A stretch of 64,000 bases of DNA. Origin: Deltaproteobacteria bacterium. GTDB lineage: Bacteria > Myxococcota_A > UBA9160 > PR03. The stretch spans positions 4,593 to 68,592 of the forward strand of contig JAPSFT010000018.1 in the NCBI GenBank assembly GCA_035063765.1, read 5' to 3'. Under the pieces are notes generated by a model, which worked only from the letters and a program-made list of their open reading frames with translations, was not told the DNA's origin and did not search any database. Both the position numbers and the translations under genes were made by a program. Positions 43,788 through 52,630 of the stretch are shown one piece after another. The stretch's first letter is position 1. Every line of letters begins with the position of its first letter.

Positions 43788-44311
43788 GAAGGATCATGCT
43801 GGCGGCATGGGCGCTCGCCCTCGCGGGCCTGTGGATCGTAGGCGGCCTGGCCGAGTGGGTGCCGCGCGGCTGGCTGCCGGACCCGTCGCTGCTGGTCGCC
43901 GTCGCGCTGGGCCTGCGCGTGCCGGGAGCGCCCGGGCTGGTCACGGCCTGGGTGGTGGGGTGGAGCGCGGACCTGCTCTCGGCGGGCCCGCTCGGCCAGC
44001 ACGCGCTGCTCGACATGGGCGCGTGGCTGCTCACCCGCGCCGCGGCCCGGCGCGTGGACCTCGCGCGCGCGGTGGTGCTCGTGCCCTTCGTGGTCGGCCT
44101 GACGGCGGCGCACGTCGTCGGCGAGTGGCTGCTCGGCGGCGTGCCGGAGCCGGGGCGCGCCGCGCTCGGCATCGCGATCCCGCACGCCACCGCCAACGCC
44201 GCCGCCGCCCTCGCGGTGCGCCGGCTCTTCGATGCCGTGCTCGGCCGGGTCGATCCCGAGGATCCCGTCCACGGTGCCTTCCGCATCGAGGCGGGGCCGG
44301 GCCTGCGATGA
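43784..44311 (+). CDS. mreD: rod shape-determining protein MreD
   Basis: 175-aa protein with about five TM helices. GTGA overlap with mreC and ATGA overlap with mrdA. The call rests on position and hydrophobic profile. Confidence 0.75.
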   Translation: MRRIMLAAWALALAGLWIVGGLAEWVPRGWLPDPSLLVAVALGLRVPGAPGLVTAWVVGWSADLLSAGPLGQHALLDMGAWLLTRAAARRVDLARAVVLVPFVVGLTAAHVVGEWLLGGVPEPGRAALGIAIPHATANAAAALAVRRLFDAVLGRVDPEDPVHGAFRIEAGPGLR

Positions 44312-46209
44312 GCCAGTTCGGCCCCGGCGGCGGGAGCGACCCGACCCTCGAGCGCGGCCTGCGCCTGCTCGCCGCGGGCATGGCGGCCGCCTTCTCGATC
44401 TTCCTGCTGCGGCTCGTGCAGCTCCAGGTCGTGCAGGGCGAGGAGCACCTCGAGCGCTCGCAGCGCAACTCGATCCGCACCGAGCGCCTCACCGCGCCGC
44501 GCGGCGAGATCGTCGATCGCAAGGGGCGCCTGCTCGCGACGACGCGGCCCGCCTTCCATCTCGAGGTCGTGCCCAGCGAGCTGCGTGACCCGCCGCGCAC
44601 GCTGGCGGTCCTGGCCCGCCTGCTCGGCGACGAGCCCGAGCGCCTGCGCGAGAGCTACGGGGATCCGCGCGGCCGGGCGCGCTTCCAGCCGCTGCGCCTG
44701 TCCGACGACCTCGACTTCGAGCGGCTGGCGCGCGTGGAGTCGCACCGCCATGCGTTGCCCGGGGTGCTGACCGAGGTGCGGCCCTACCGGCAGTACCCGC
44801 ACGGTCCGCTCGCCGCGCACCTGCTCGGCTCGCTCGGCGAGGTGAGCCCGGGCCAGCTCGAGAGCGAGCGCTTCGAGGACTACCGGCCGGGTGACGTGGT
44901 CGGGAAGTCGGGCGTCGAGGCCCTGCTCGAGCCCTTCCTGCGCGGGCGCGCGGGCGGCCGCAACGTCCTGGTGGACGTGGCGGGCCGCGAGGTCGAGGTG
45001 CTGGACCGCGTGGAGGCGCGCCCGGGCGCGCGCGTCGTCCTGGCGCTCGACCTCGACCTGCAGCGCACCGCCGAGGAGGCGCTCGCCGCGGCCGCGCCGC
45101 CGGAGGAGCCGGTCTCGGGCGCCGTGGTCGCCCTCGATCCACGCGACGGCGGCGTGCTGGCGATGGCGTCGCTCCCTTCGTACGACCCGAACGCCTTCTC
45201 GGGGCGGATCGACGCCGCCTTGTGGCGGCAGCTCACCAGTGACCCGATGAAGCCGCTCCAGAACCGCGCGCTCTCGGGGCAGTATCCGCCCGGGTCCACC
45301 TACAAGGCGTTCGTTGCCGCCGCGGCGCTCGAGGAGGGGCTGCGGCTTCCGAAGACCACCGTCTTCTGTCCGGGCGGCTTCGCCTTCGGCAACCGCACCT
45401 ACCGCTGCTGGAAGCGCGGCGGACACGGGACGGTCGACCTGCGGCGCTCGCTCATGCAGTCCTGCGACGTGTACTACTACCGGGCGGGTCTCGATCTCGG
45501 GATCGACCGGCTGGCCGAGTACGCCAAGGCCTTCGGGCTCGGAGCGGTCACGGGTATCGGGCTCGAGGGAGAGCAGCCGGGTCTCGTGCCGAGCAGCGCG
45601 TGGAAGGAGCGGCGCTTCGGCCAGGAGTGGATGCCGGGCGAGACCGTGTCGGCCGCGATCGGGCAGGGCTACAACCTGCTGACGCCGCTCCAGCTCGCCG
45701 TGTCGTATGCCGCCATCGCCAACGGCGGCCACGTCCTGCGGCCGCGGCTGGTTCTCGAGGTGGTGGAGCCGGGCGGCGTCCACGTGCCGCAGCCGCCGCA
45801 CGAGATCCGTCGCGTGCCTGTGTCGGATGAGAACCTCGCACTGGTTCGCGACGGGCTGCACGCCGTGGTCGACGCGCCGGGCGGCACCGGCCGGCGCGCG
45901 CAGGTCCCGGGGCTCGCGGTGGCCGGCAAGACCGGCACCGCGCAGGTCGTCCGCCTCGAGAAGACCGCCGGGAAGACGGGGCTCGCGATCCCGCGGCCGT
46001 ACCGCGACCATGCCTGGTTCGCCTCCTTCGCGCCGGCCGAGGCGCCCGAGATCGTGGTCGCGGTACTGGTGGAGCACGGCGGGGGAGGAGGCGCCAACGC
46101 AGCGCCGATCGCCCAGAAGGTCCTGCAGCGCTGGTGGGACGACAAGAACGGCCGGCCGCCGCCGGCGCCCGAGGAGCCGGCCGTGACGGCCGCCCGGGGG
46201 GCCGGATGA
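44308..46209 (+). CDS. mrdA: penicillin-binding protein 2 (elongasome transpeptidase)
   Basis: In-frame part of ORF 43807..46209 from ATG 44308. APRGEIVDRKGRLLA, SxxK in PPGSTYKAF, KTGTA, and HAWFASFAPAEAPEIVV. Confidence 0.93.
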   Translation: MSQFGPGGGSDPTLERGLRLLAAGMAAAFSIFLLRLVQLQVVQGEEHLERSQRNSIRTERLTAPRGEIVDRKGRLLATTRPAFHLEVVPSELRDPPRTLAVLARLLGDEPERLRESYGDPRGRARFQPLRLSDDLDFERLARVESHRHALPGVLTEVRPYRQYPHGPLAAHLLGSLGEVSPGQLESERFEDYRPGDVVGKSGVEALLEPFLRGRAGGRNVLVDVAGREVEVLDRVEARPGARVVLALDLDLQRTAEEALAAAAPPEEPVSGAVVALDPRDGGVLAMASLPSYDPNAFSGRIDAALWRQLTSDPMKPLQNRALSGQYPPGSTYKAFVAAAALEEGLRLPKTTVFCPGGFAFGNRTYRCWKRGGHGTVDLRRSLMQSCDVYYYRAGLDLGIDRLAEYAKAFGLGAVTGIGLEGEQPGLVPSSAWKERRFGQEWMPGETVSAAIGQGYNLLTPLQLAVSYAAIANGGHVLRPRLVLEVVEPGGVHVPQPPHEIRRVPVSDENLALVRDGLHAVVDAPGGTGRRAQVPGLAVAGKTGTAQVVRLEKTAGKTGLAIPRPYRDHAWFASFAPAEAPEIVVAVLVEHGGGGGANAAPIAQKVLQRWWDDKNGRPPPAPEEPAVTAARGAG

Positions 46210-47315
46210 CCCGCATCGAGCGCCGCATGGCGCAGCACTACGAGTGGTGGCTGCTCGGCCTCGTCTGCCTCCTGCTCGGCCTCGGCCTCGCCAACCTGAT
46301 CTCCGCCACCCACGCGGGCAGCGAGGGGCTGCTCTCGCCGAACGTGATCCGCCAGCTCGTCGCGCTCGGCCTCGGCGCGGCCCTCCTGGTCGCGACCCTG
46401 CTCGTCGACTACCGGCACCTCGAGCGCTGGGGCTGGTTCGTGTACGCGGGGACCTTGCTGCTGCTGGCGTCGACGCTCGTGCTCGCGCCGGTGACCCGCG
46501 GCAACCAGAGCTGGCTCGTCTTCGGCCCGTTGCGCCTGCAGCCCTCCGAGTTCGCCAAGCTGGGCCTGGTGGTGGCGCTGGCCCGCTTCTTCCACCGCAA
46601 CCCACCCGCGGAGATCCGGCGCCTGCGCGACCTCTGGCGCCCGGGGCTGATCCTCGCGGGCCCGGTCGGGCTGATCGTGCTCCAGCGCGACATGGGCGTG
46701 GCCGTGCTGACGCTCCTGATCGGCGCGACCTACCTGCTCTTCGTTCGCATCCCGGCGCGTGCCTGGCTGGCCGTGGCAGGCACCGGCCTCGCGGTGCTGG
46801 CCGCGATCTGGATGTTCGGCCTCGAGCCCTACCAGAAGAGCCGCATCCTCGACGTGCTCGACCCCGCACGCGACCCGCTGGCCTCGGGCTACCAGGCGAA
46901 CCAGTCGCGGATCGCGATCGGCTCGGGCGGGCTCGCGGGCAAGGGCTGGCTGCACGGCTCCCAGACGCAGCTGCGCTTCCTGCCCACCCAGCACACCGAC
47001 TTCATCTTCTCGGTGCTGGCCGAGGAGTGGGGGCTGCTCGGGGCCGCGGTGGTGCTCGTCCTCTACTTCGTGGTCTTGATCTGGGGCTTGTTCATCGCGC
47101 GTGGCTCGAAGGACCGCTTCGGGGCGCTGCTGGCGGTGGGGATCGTCGCGATCCTGTTCTGGCCGGCGGTCGTGAACCTGGCGATGGTGGTGGGGCTCGG
47201 CCCCGTGATCGGCGTGCCGCTGCCGTTCTTCTCGTACGGCGGCTCGGCGATGATGGCGGCGCTGGCTGCGGTGGGCCTGCTCCTCAACGTGTCCTTGCGG
47301 CGCTACATGTTCTGA
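46206..47315 (+). CDS. rodA: peptidoglycan glycosyltransferase RodA (SEDS family)
   Basis: In-frame part of ORF 46134..47315 from ATG 46206 (ATGA overlap). LQPSEFAKLGLVVALA, QSRIAIGSGGLAGKGW, HTDFIFSVLAEEWG, PLPFFSYGGS. Confidence 0.93.
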   Translation: MTRIERRMAQHYEWWLLGLVCLLLGLGLANLISATHAGSEGLLSPNVIRQLVALGLGAALLVATLLVDYRHLERWGWFVYAGTLLLLASTLVLAPVTRGNQSWLVFGPLRLQPSEFAKLGLVVALARFFHRNPPAEIRRLRDLWRPGLILAGPVGLIVLQRDMGVAVLTLLIGATYLLFVRIPARAWLAVAGTGLAVLAAIWMFGLEPYQKSRILDVLDPARDPLASGYQANQSRIAIGSGGLAGKGWLHGSQTQLRFLPTQHTDFIFSVLAEEWGLLGAAVVLVLYFVVLIWGLFIARGSKDRFGALLAVGIVAILFWPAVVNLAMVVGLGPVIGVPLPFFSYGGSAMMAALAAVGLLLNVSLRRYMF

Positions 47316-47316
47316 G

Positions 47317-48060
47317 ATGTCGGAACCGCGGCGCAAGCGAAACCTCCCGCGCATCGGCGCCTTCTTCGACATGGACAAGACGCTGATCGCCGAGAACTCC
47401 GGCTCGCTGTACATGAAGTACCGCTACGAGCGGGGCGAGGTCGACGGCTGGGACCTCGCCAAGGGCCTCTACGCCTACCTGCGCTACAAGGCCGGCATCC
47501 TCGACATCCGCGCCTTCACGCAGGCTGCGATGGTGGAGTTCCGCGGCCAGTCGGAGCGCCGGCTGCTGCGCGAAGCGCGCGCGTTCGTGGAGAAGATGGT
47601 GGTCCCCACCCTCTATCCGGCGGCGATCGAGAGGATCCGCTGGCACCAGTCCCAGGGACACGTGGTCGCGATCGTGTCGGGCGCCACGAAGTTCGTCGTG
47701 CGGCCGCTCGCCGAGCAGCTCGGGATCCGCCACTACCTCTACACGCGCCTCGAGGTCGAGCACGGCCGCTTCACCGGCCGCGTGATCGACCCGATCTGCT
47801 TCGAGGAGGGAAAGATCTACTGGCTCCAGCAGCTCGTCGACGAGAAGGGGATCGAGCTCGCCAAGAGCTGGTTCTACACCGACTCGATCACCGACCTGCC
47901 GCTCCTGGAGCTGGTCGGGCATCCGGTGGCGGTGAACCCCGACCCCTTCCTGTACCGGACCGCGCGGCGGCGCTGCTGGCCCGTCGACTTCTTCGAGCCC
48001 CCTACGCAATCAGCTTCTTCGCCATCTCCTCGAACGCCGCCTTCCGCTGCGCCCCGGTGA
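47317..48060 (+). CDS. HAD-IB family hydrolase (SerB-like)
   Basis: DxD motif in IGAFFDMDKTLI, VSGATKF, and YTDSITDLPLL. The Pro/Ser-rich C-terminal tail overlaps the 3' end of trxA on the opposite strand by 59 nt. Confidence 0.8.
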   Translation: MSEPRRKRNLPRIGAFFDMDKTLIAENSGSLYMKYRYERGEVDGWDLAKGLYAYLRYKAGILDIRAFTQAAMVEFRGQSERRLLREARAFVEKMVVPTLYPAAIERIRWHQSQGHVVAIVSGATKFVVRPLAEQLGIRHYLYTRLEVEHGRFTGRVIDPICFEEGKIYWLQQLVDEKGIELAKSWFYTDSITDLPLLELVGHPVAVNPDPFLYRTARRRCWPVDFFEPPTQSASSPSPRTPPSAAPR

Positions 48061-48328
48061 TCTGCTCGACGACCTGGCCGCCGCGGAAGGCGAGGATCGT
48101 CGGGATCGCGCGCACGCCGTAGCGCGCGGGCGTGGACTGGTTCTCGTCCACGTTCATCTTGACCACCTTGATCCGGCCCTCGTAGGTCGCGGCGAGCTCG
48201 GCGATGACGGGCGCGATCTGCCGGCACGGCGCGCACCACTCCGCCCAGAAGTCCACGATCGCGGGCAGCTCGGAGCGCAGGATCTCGGCTTCGAAGCTCT
48301 GGTCCGTGACGTCGTCGATCGAGGCCAT
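48002..48328 (-). CDS. trxA: thioredoxin
   Basis: ORF 48002..48427 trimmed to ATG 48328; 108 aa. VDFWAEWCAPCRQIAP (WCAPC variant of WCGPC) and GVRAIPTILAFRGG. Confidence 0.93.
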   Translation of the reverse strand: MASIDDVTDQSFEAEILRSELPAIVDFWAEWCAPCRQIAPVIAELAATYEGRIKVVKMNVDENQSTPARYGVRAIPTILAFRGGQVVEQITGAQRKAAFEEMAKKLIA

Positions 48329-48462
48329 TCGCTGGTGTCTCCTTGGGATGCGGGCGGTGTCGGACGCGGGGCCCGAAGCGGGCCGGCTGCCGGCCGTGGC
48401 TCGGATTCCAGGGGCGCGACGCGGCATGATAGCAGCCGCGCGTGCGCGCCCCGCGCCCTCGC

Positions 48463-48492
48463 GTTGACGCTGTCGCGCGCCCCCCCTATGTT
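48463..48492 (+). promoter_or_regulatory. candidate sigma70-type promoter for the SIS-DHS-macro-heme gene string
   Basis: TTGACG-18 nt-TATGTT, about 40 nt upstream of ATG 48532, with GGAG 7 nt before the ATG. Hexamer match only. Confidence 0.3.
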
Positions 48493-48531
48493 GCTCGTCG
48501 CTCGCATCCCCTTGGAATCTCGGAGTTTTTC

Positions 48532-49134
48532 ATGCGCGAGAGCCGCTCGGACCGGGACCCCGCGAGCCGCGTGCGCGTGCTCCTCGAGGAGGGCGCGCGC
48601 ATCCAGAGCGCGATCGCCGCGGGGCAGGCCGAGGCGATCGCGAAGGCCGCCAGCATCGTCGAGGAAGCGTTTCGCGCGGGGGGCAGGGTGCTGCTCTTCG
48701 GAAACGGCGGCTCGGCGACCGACGCCCTCCACATCGCGGCGGAATGGAGCGGCCGGCTCGGCCGGGTCCGTCCCGGCCTGCCGGCGCTCGCGCTCGCCGC
48801 GAATCCCGCGGAGCTGACCGCGATCGCCAACGACGACGGCTTCGAGCGCGTCTTCGAGCGGCTGGTGGAGGCCCACGGCCGGGCCGGCGACGTCGCGCTC
48901 GCGCTCTCGACCTCGGGCGACTCGCCGAACGTGCTGGCCGGCGTCGACCGGGCGCGTGCCAACGGGCTGCGCACGCTCGCGCTGACGGGCAAGGGCGGAG
49001 GGAAGCTCGCGGGGCGCGTCGAGCTCGCGATCGTCGTCCCGTCCGACGACACGCAGCGGATCCAGGAGGCGCACATCGCGATCGGGCACGCGCTCGCGGA
49101 GCTGGTCGAGGATGCGCTCTTCCCGGTGCGCTGA
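48532..49134 (+). CDS. SIS-domain protein, phosphoheptose isomerase GmhA/DiaA family
   Basis: ORF 48442..49134 trimmed to ATG 48532. LLFGNGGSATDALHIAAEW, LSTSGDSPNV and QEAHIAIGHAL match GmhA-type motifs. I cannot separate GmhA from DiaA-like proteins by eye. Confidence 0.75.
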   Translation: MRESRSDRDPASRVRVLLEEGARIQSAIAAGQAEAIAKAASIVEEAFRAGGRVLLFGNGGSATDALHIAAEWSGRLGRVRPGLPALALAANPAELTAIANDDGFERVFERLVEAHGRAGDVALALSTSGDSPNVLAGVDRARANGLRTLALTGKGGGKLAGRVELAIVVPSDDTQRIQEAHIAIGHALAELVEDALFPVR

Positions 49135-49144
49135 GGGTCGCGTC

Positions 49145-50104
49145 GTGCCGCCGCGCCAGCCGCCCCGCATCGATCGCGCGCGCGTGCGCACGATCCCGGC
49201 CCGCCGCCGCCCGAGCAAGGTGCGCCGGCGCGACGAGGCGCGGCCGCACCGGCCGGGCGCCTCCTTCGCGGACTTCCTCGACGGCCTTCCCGATCTGCTC
49301 GGCGCCGCGGACCTGCGCGAGGTGATCGATGCGGCGGTGCGTGCTCGCGCGCGCGGCCGCACGATCCTGTGGGGCCTCGGCGCGCACGTGATCAAGGTGG
49401 GGCTCGCGCCGGTGGTCGTGGACCTCGTCGAGCGCGGCTTCGTGAGCGGGATCCTCATGAACGGCGCCGGTTGTGTCCACGACCTCGAGCTGGCGGCGAT
49501 GGGCGCCACCAGCGAGGACGTGGCACCGGCGCTCGACGACGGCAGCTTCGGGATGGCGCGCGAGACGGCGCGGGAGCTGAACGAGGCGATCGCCCGTGGC
49601 GCCGCGGAGGGGCTCGGCATGGGTGCGGCGGTCGGGCGTGCGATCCTGGCCGGCCGCTATCGCCACAAGGAACGCTCGATCCTCGCCGCCGCTGCGCGGC
49701 AGGGCGTGCCCGTCACCGTGCATGCCGCGATCGGCACCGACGTCCATCACATGCACCCGAGCGCCGACGGCGCGGCGCTCGGTGCCACCAGCCATCGCGA
49801 CTTCGAGACCCTGGCGGGCCTCGTCGCGACGCTCGAGGGCGGCGTCTACCTGAACGTCGGCTCGGCGGTGATCCTGCCCGAGGTGTTCCTGAAGGCGCTC
49901 GCGCTCGCGCGCAACCTGGGCCACCGCGTGCGCCGCTTCACCACCGTGAACCTCGACTTCCTGCGCCACTATCGGCCGACCGTGAACGTGGTCGAGCGCC
50001 CGACGCGGCTCGGCGGGCGTGGGATCTCGATCGTCGGCCAGCACGAGATCCTGCTGCCGCTGCTGGCCGCCGGCCTCGTCGAGCGGGCCGAGGGCGGGCG
50101 ATGA
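49145..50104 (+). CDS. deoxyhypusine-synthase-like (DS fold) family protein, function unknown
   Basis: ORF 49112..50104; GTG 49145 follows the upstream stop. ILWGLGAHVIKVGLAPVVVDLVERGFVSGILMNGAGCVHDLE and VPVTVHAAIGTDVHHMH resemble the DHS blocks (..TSNLISSG..LV..VD.LVTTAGG.EED.. and IPVF.PA.TDGS.GD). Similarity judged by eye only. Confidence 0.45.
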   Translation: MPPRQPPRIDRARVRTIPARRRPSKVRRRDEARPHRPGASFADFLDGLPDLLGAADLREVIDAAVRARARGRTILWGLGAHVIKVGLAPVVVDLVERGFVSGILMNGAGCVHDLELAAMGATSEDVAPALDDGSFGMARETARELNEAIARGAAEGLGMGAAVGRAILAGRYRHKERSILAAAARQGVPVTVHAAIGTDVHHMHPSADGAALGATSHRDFETLAGLVATLEGGVYLNVGSAVILPEVFLKALALARNLGHRVRRFTTVNLDFLRHYRPTVNVVERPTRLGGRGISIVGQHEILLPLLAAGLVERAEGGR

Positions 50105-50487
50105 GGGGACGGATCACCTTCCGCGCCGGCGACCCGGCGCTCGAATCCGCCGACGTGATCGTGGACGCGACCACGGTGGCGCTCGTGTGCGACGCCGGGC
50201 GCGAGGCGCTCGAAGCGTCGCTGCGCGGCGCGTGGCGCCAGGCGCTGGCGGGCGCGGCGGCGCGCGGCGCGCGCACGATCGTGGTGCCTGCACTGGGCGC
50301 CGGTGCCGGCCTGCCCCTGCAGCGGGTGGCGGAGCTGCTGCTCGAGGAGGCACGGGCGCACCTGGCCGGGGAGGGTGCGATCGAGGAGATCCGTTTCGTG
50401 CTCGCGAGCGAGCCCGCGCTGCGCGTGTTCGAGTCCGTGCAGGACGGCTTCCGGATCGCCGAGCAGGTGCGAAGGGGGTTGCCCTGA
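50101..50487 (+). CDS. short macro-domain-like protein (degenerate)
   Basis: In-frame part of ORF 49369..50487 from ATG 50101 (ATGA overlap). RAGDPALESADVIVDA and ARTIVVPALGAGAGLPLQRVAELLLEEA...IEEIRFV follow the macro-domain layout, but the Gly-rich phosphate loop region is missing. 128 aa. Confidence 0.35.
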   Translation: MRGRITFRAGDPALESADVIVDATTVALVCDAGREALEASLRGAWRQALAGAAARGARTIVVPALGAGAGLPLQRVAELLLEEARAHLAGEGAIEEIRFVLASEPALRVFESVQDGFRIAEQVRRGLP

Positions 50488-51281
50488 TGGCGGTCCTGCT
50501 GCACCAGCTCGCTGCCGTCCTGTACCTGGTCGCGACGCTCGGCACCGCGCTCGGCCTCGCACTGCCCGACGCCCGGCTGGCACGGCTCGCGGTGTGGGTC
50601 CTCGCGATCGGCGCGCTCGTGCACCTCGTGGGCTTCGTCGGGCTGCACTGGCTCGACCCGCCCCCCGCGCTCACGACGCTCGCCGCGGCGGTCTCCTGGA
50701 TGGCCTGGCTCGGCGTGGTGTTCGCGCTGGTGCTGCTGCGCCGTGGCCGGCTCGAGAGCCTGGCGGGCCTCACCGCCCCCTTTGCCTTCGCGGCCACGCT
50801 CTACGCGGCTGCGGGCCTGCCGGGCGTGACGCCGGCGAGCCCTCCCGGCGCGGGCGGCTGGCCGCACCTGCACGTGATCCTGGCCAGCGCCGGCCTGTCC
50901 CTCCTCGGTGTCGCAGGCGTCGCGGGGGTGCTGTTCCTCGTCGGGAACCGCCAGCTCAAGGCCAAGCGCGGCGGCTCGCTGCTGCGCTCGCTGCCCTCGC
51001 TCGAGGCGCTCGACCGCGTCAACGTCGTGGCGCTCGCGCTCGGCTTCCCGCTCCTCACGCTCGGCGTCGTCGCCGGGATGATCTGGACCCACGCCCTCAC
51101 CGGCCACACCTGGGACGGCAGCGCTCATGCGCTCTGGACCGCGATCGGCTGGGCGGTCTACCTGGGCCTCGTGCTGGCGCGTTTCGCGATGGGCTGGCGT
51201 GGCCGCGAGGCGGCCGTCGCCGCCACGGCCGGCTTCGCGTTCCTGTTCTTCGCGGTGATCGGCGTGGAGGCGATCCTGTGA
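50487..51281 (+). CDS. CcsA/HemX-like integral membrane protein (cytochrome c assembly protein family)
   Basis: In-frame part of ORF 50019..51281 from ATG 50487 (TGATG overlap). About eight TM helices; the Trp-rich end GMIWTHALTGHTWDGSAHALWTAIGWAVY. Its position directly upstream of hemA matches Bacillus hemX. Confidence 0.65.
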   Translation: MAVLLHQLAAVLYLVATLGTALGLALPDARLARLAVWVLAIGALVHLVGFVGLHWLDPPPALTTLAAAVSWMAWLGVVFALVLLRRGRLESLAGLTAPFAFAATLYAAAGLPGVTPASPPGAGGWPHLHVILASAGLSLLGVAGVAGVLFLVGNRQLKAKRGGSLLRSLPSLEALDRVNVVALALGFPLLTLGVVAGMIWTHALTGHTWDGSAHALWTAIGWAVYLGLVLARFAMGWRGREAAVAATAGFAFLFFAVIGVEAIL

Positions 51282-52630
51282 AGATCCTGCTGGCCGGGAT
51301 GAACCACCGCACCGCGCCGATCGAGGTGCGCGAGCGCTTCGTGGTGGACGAGACCGGGCCGTGGCTCGCCAAGCTGGTGGCCGGGGAGGAGATCGAGGAG
51401 GCGGTGCTGCTCTCCACCTGCAACCGGGTCGAGGTGATCGTCACCACGCGGCGGCTCGAGGCCGCGCGCCACCGGCTGCGCAGCTTCTTCCTGCGCGATC
51501 TCGGCCGCGGCGAGCCCCTGCCCGAGCACCTCTCCTCGCACGCGGTCCTCTACGAGCACGTCGACACCGACGCGGTCCGGCACCTGCTGCGCGTGGCGGC
51601 GTCGATTGACTCGCTGGTGGTGGGCGAGCCGCAGATCCTCGGGCAGGTGAAGGACGCCTACCGGGTGGCCGCGGAGTGCGGCGCGAGCGGGCCCGTGCTC
51701 TCGCGCCTGTTCGCCGCGGCCTTCGCCGCTGCGAAGCGGGTGCGGAGCGAGACCCGCATCGCCGAGCGGCCGGTCTCGGTGGCGCGGATCGCCGTCGATC
51801 TCGCGAGCCAGATCTTCGAGACGCTGGCGGACAAGCGGGCGCTGCTGGTGGGCGCCGGCGACATGATCGAGATGGCGCTCGAGGCGCTGCGCGGGGCGGG
51901 TCTGGCCGGCATCGCGGTCGCGAACCGCACGCCCGCGCACGCGGCGGAGCTGGCAGGGCGCTTCGGTGCCTCCGCCCACGGTCTCGACGAGCTGCCGGCG
52001 CTGGTGGCGGGCGCCGACGTCGTGCTCACCTGCTTCGCCGCCGACCGGCCGCTGCTCGACGTGCCGCTCTTCGAGGAGGCGCTGCGGGTCCGGCGCCGCC
52101 GCCCGATCTTCGTCATCGACATCGGCGTGCCACGCAACGTCGATGCGGGCGTGAACGACCTCGACGACGTGTACCTCTACGACCTCGACGACCTCGGCGG
52201 TGTCGCGGAGGCCAACGCCGAGGAGCGCCGACGCGAGACGGTGCGGGCCGAGGGGATCGTGCAGGAGGAGGTCGACCGCTTCGGCGGCTGGCTCACGGCG
52301 CTGGCCGCCGTGCCGACGATCCGCCGCCTGCGCGGCCGCGCCGAGGCGGTGCGCGAGGCGGAGCTTGCTCGCTGGGTGGCGCGTGCCGCACCCGACGAGG
52401 AGGCGCGCCGGGCGGTCGAGGCGCTGACGCGAGCGATCGTGAACAAGGTGCTGCATGCGCCGGTCTCGCGGCTGCGCGCGCAGGCCGAGCGCGAGGAGGG
52501 GCTCGCCTACCTCCAGGCCGCGCGCGTGCTCTTCGCCCTGGACGACCCCTCGGCGCCGGGCGCCGAGGCCGACCTGGACGACGGCCCGCCGCCCGATCCG
52601 GGGGACGAGCCCGGGCCCGGCCGGGCATGA
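51278..52630 (+). CDS. hemA: glutamyl-tRNA reductase
   Basis: GTG 51278 (GTGA overlap). KILLAGMNHRTAPIEVRERF, STCNRVE, GEPQILGQVKDAY and a Rossmann motif LLVGAGDM. Confidence 0.93.
   Translation: MKILLAGMNHRTAPIEVRERFVVDETGPWLAKLVAGEEIEEAVLLSTCNRVEVIVTTRRLEAARHRLRSFFLRDLGRGEPLPEHLSSHAVLYEHVDTDAVRHLLRVAASIDSLVVGEPQILGQVKDAYRVAAECGASGPVLSRLFAAAFAAAKRVRSETRIAERPVSVARIAVDLASQIFETLADKRALLVGAGDMIEMALEALRGAGLAGIAVANRTPAHAAELAGRFGASAHGLDELPALVAGADVVLTCFAADRPLLDVPLFEEALRVRRRRPIFVIDIGVPRNVDAGVNDLDDVYLYDLDDLGGVAEANAEERRRETVRAEGIVQEEVDRFGGWLTALAAVPTIRRLRGRAEAVREAELARWVARAAPDEEARRAVEALTRAIVNKVLHAPVSRLRAQAEREEGLAYLQAARVLFALDDPSAPGAEADLDDGPPPDPGDEPGPGRA

Noticed and set aside
43543-46869. A 1108-aa ORF antisense to mreD-mrdA-rodA. 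Similar giants occur at 15252..17402, 17957..20659, 20899..24018, 23672..25612, 33930..36095, 41646..43631, 51158..53611 and 52293..55082.
   Set aside because: All are Arg/Pro/Ala-rich and lie opposite genes with strong signatures. They lack plausible ribosome-binding sites and family motifs.
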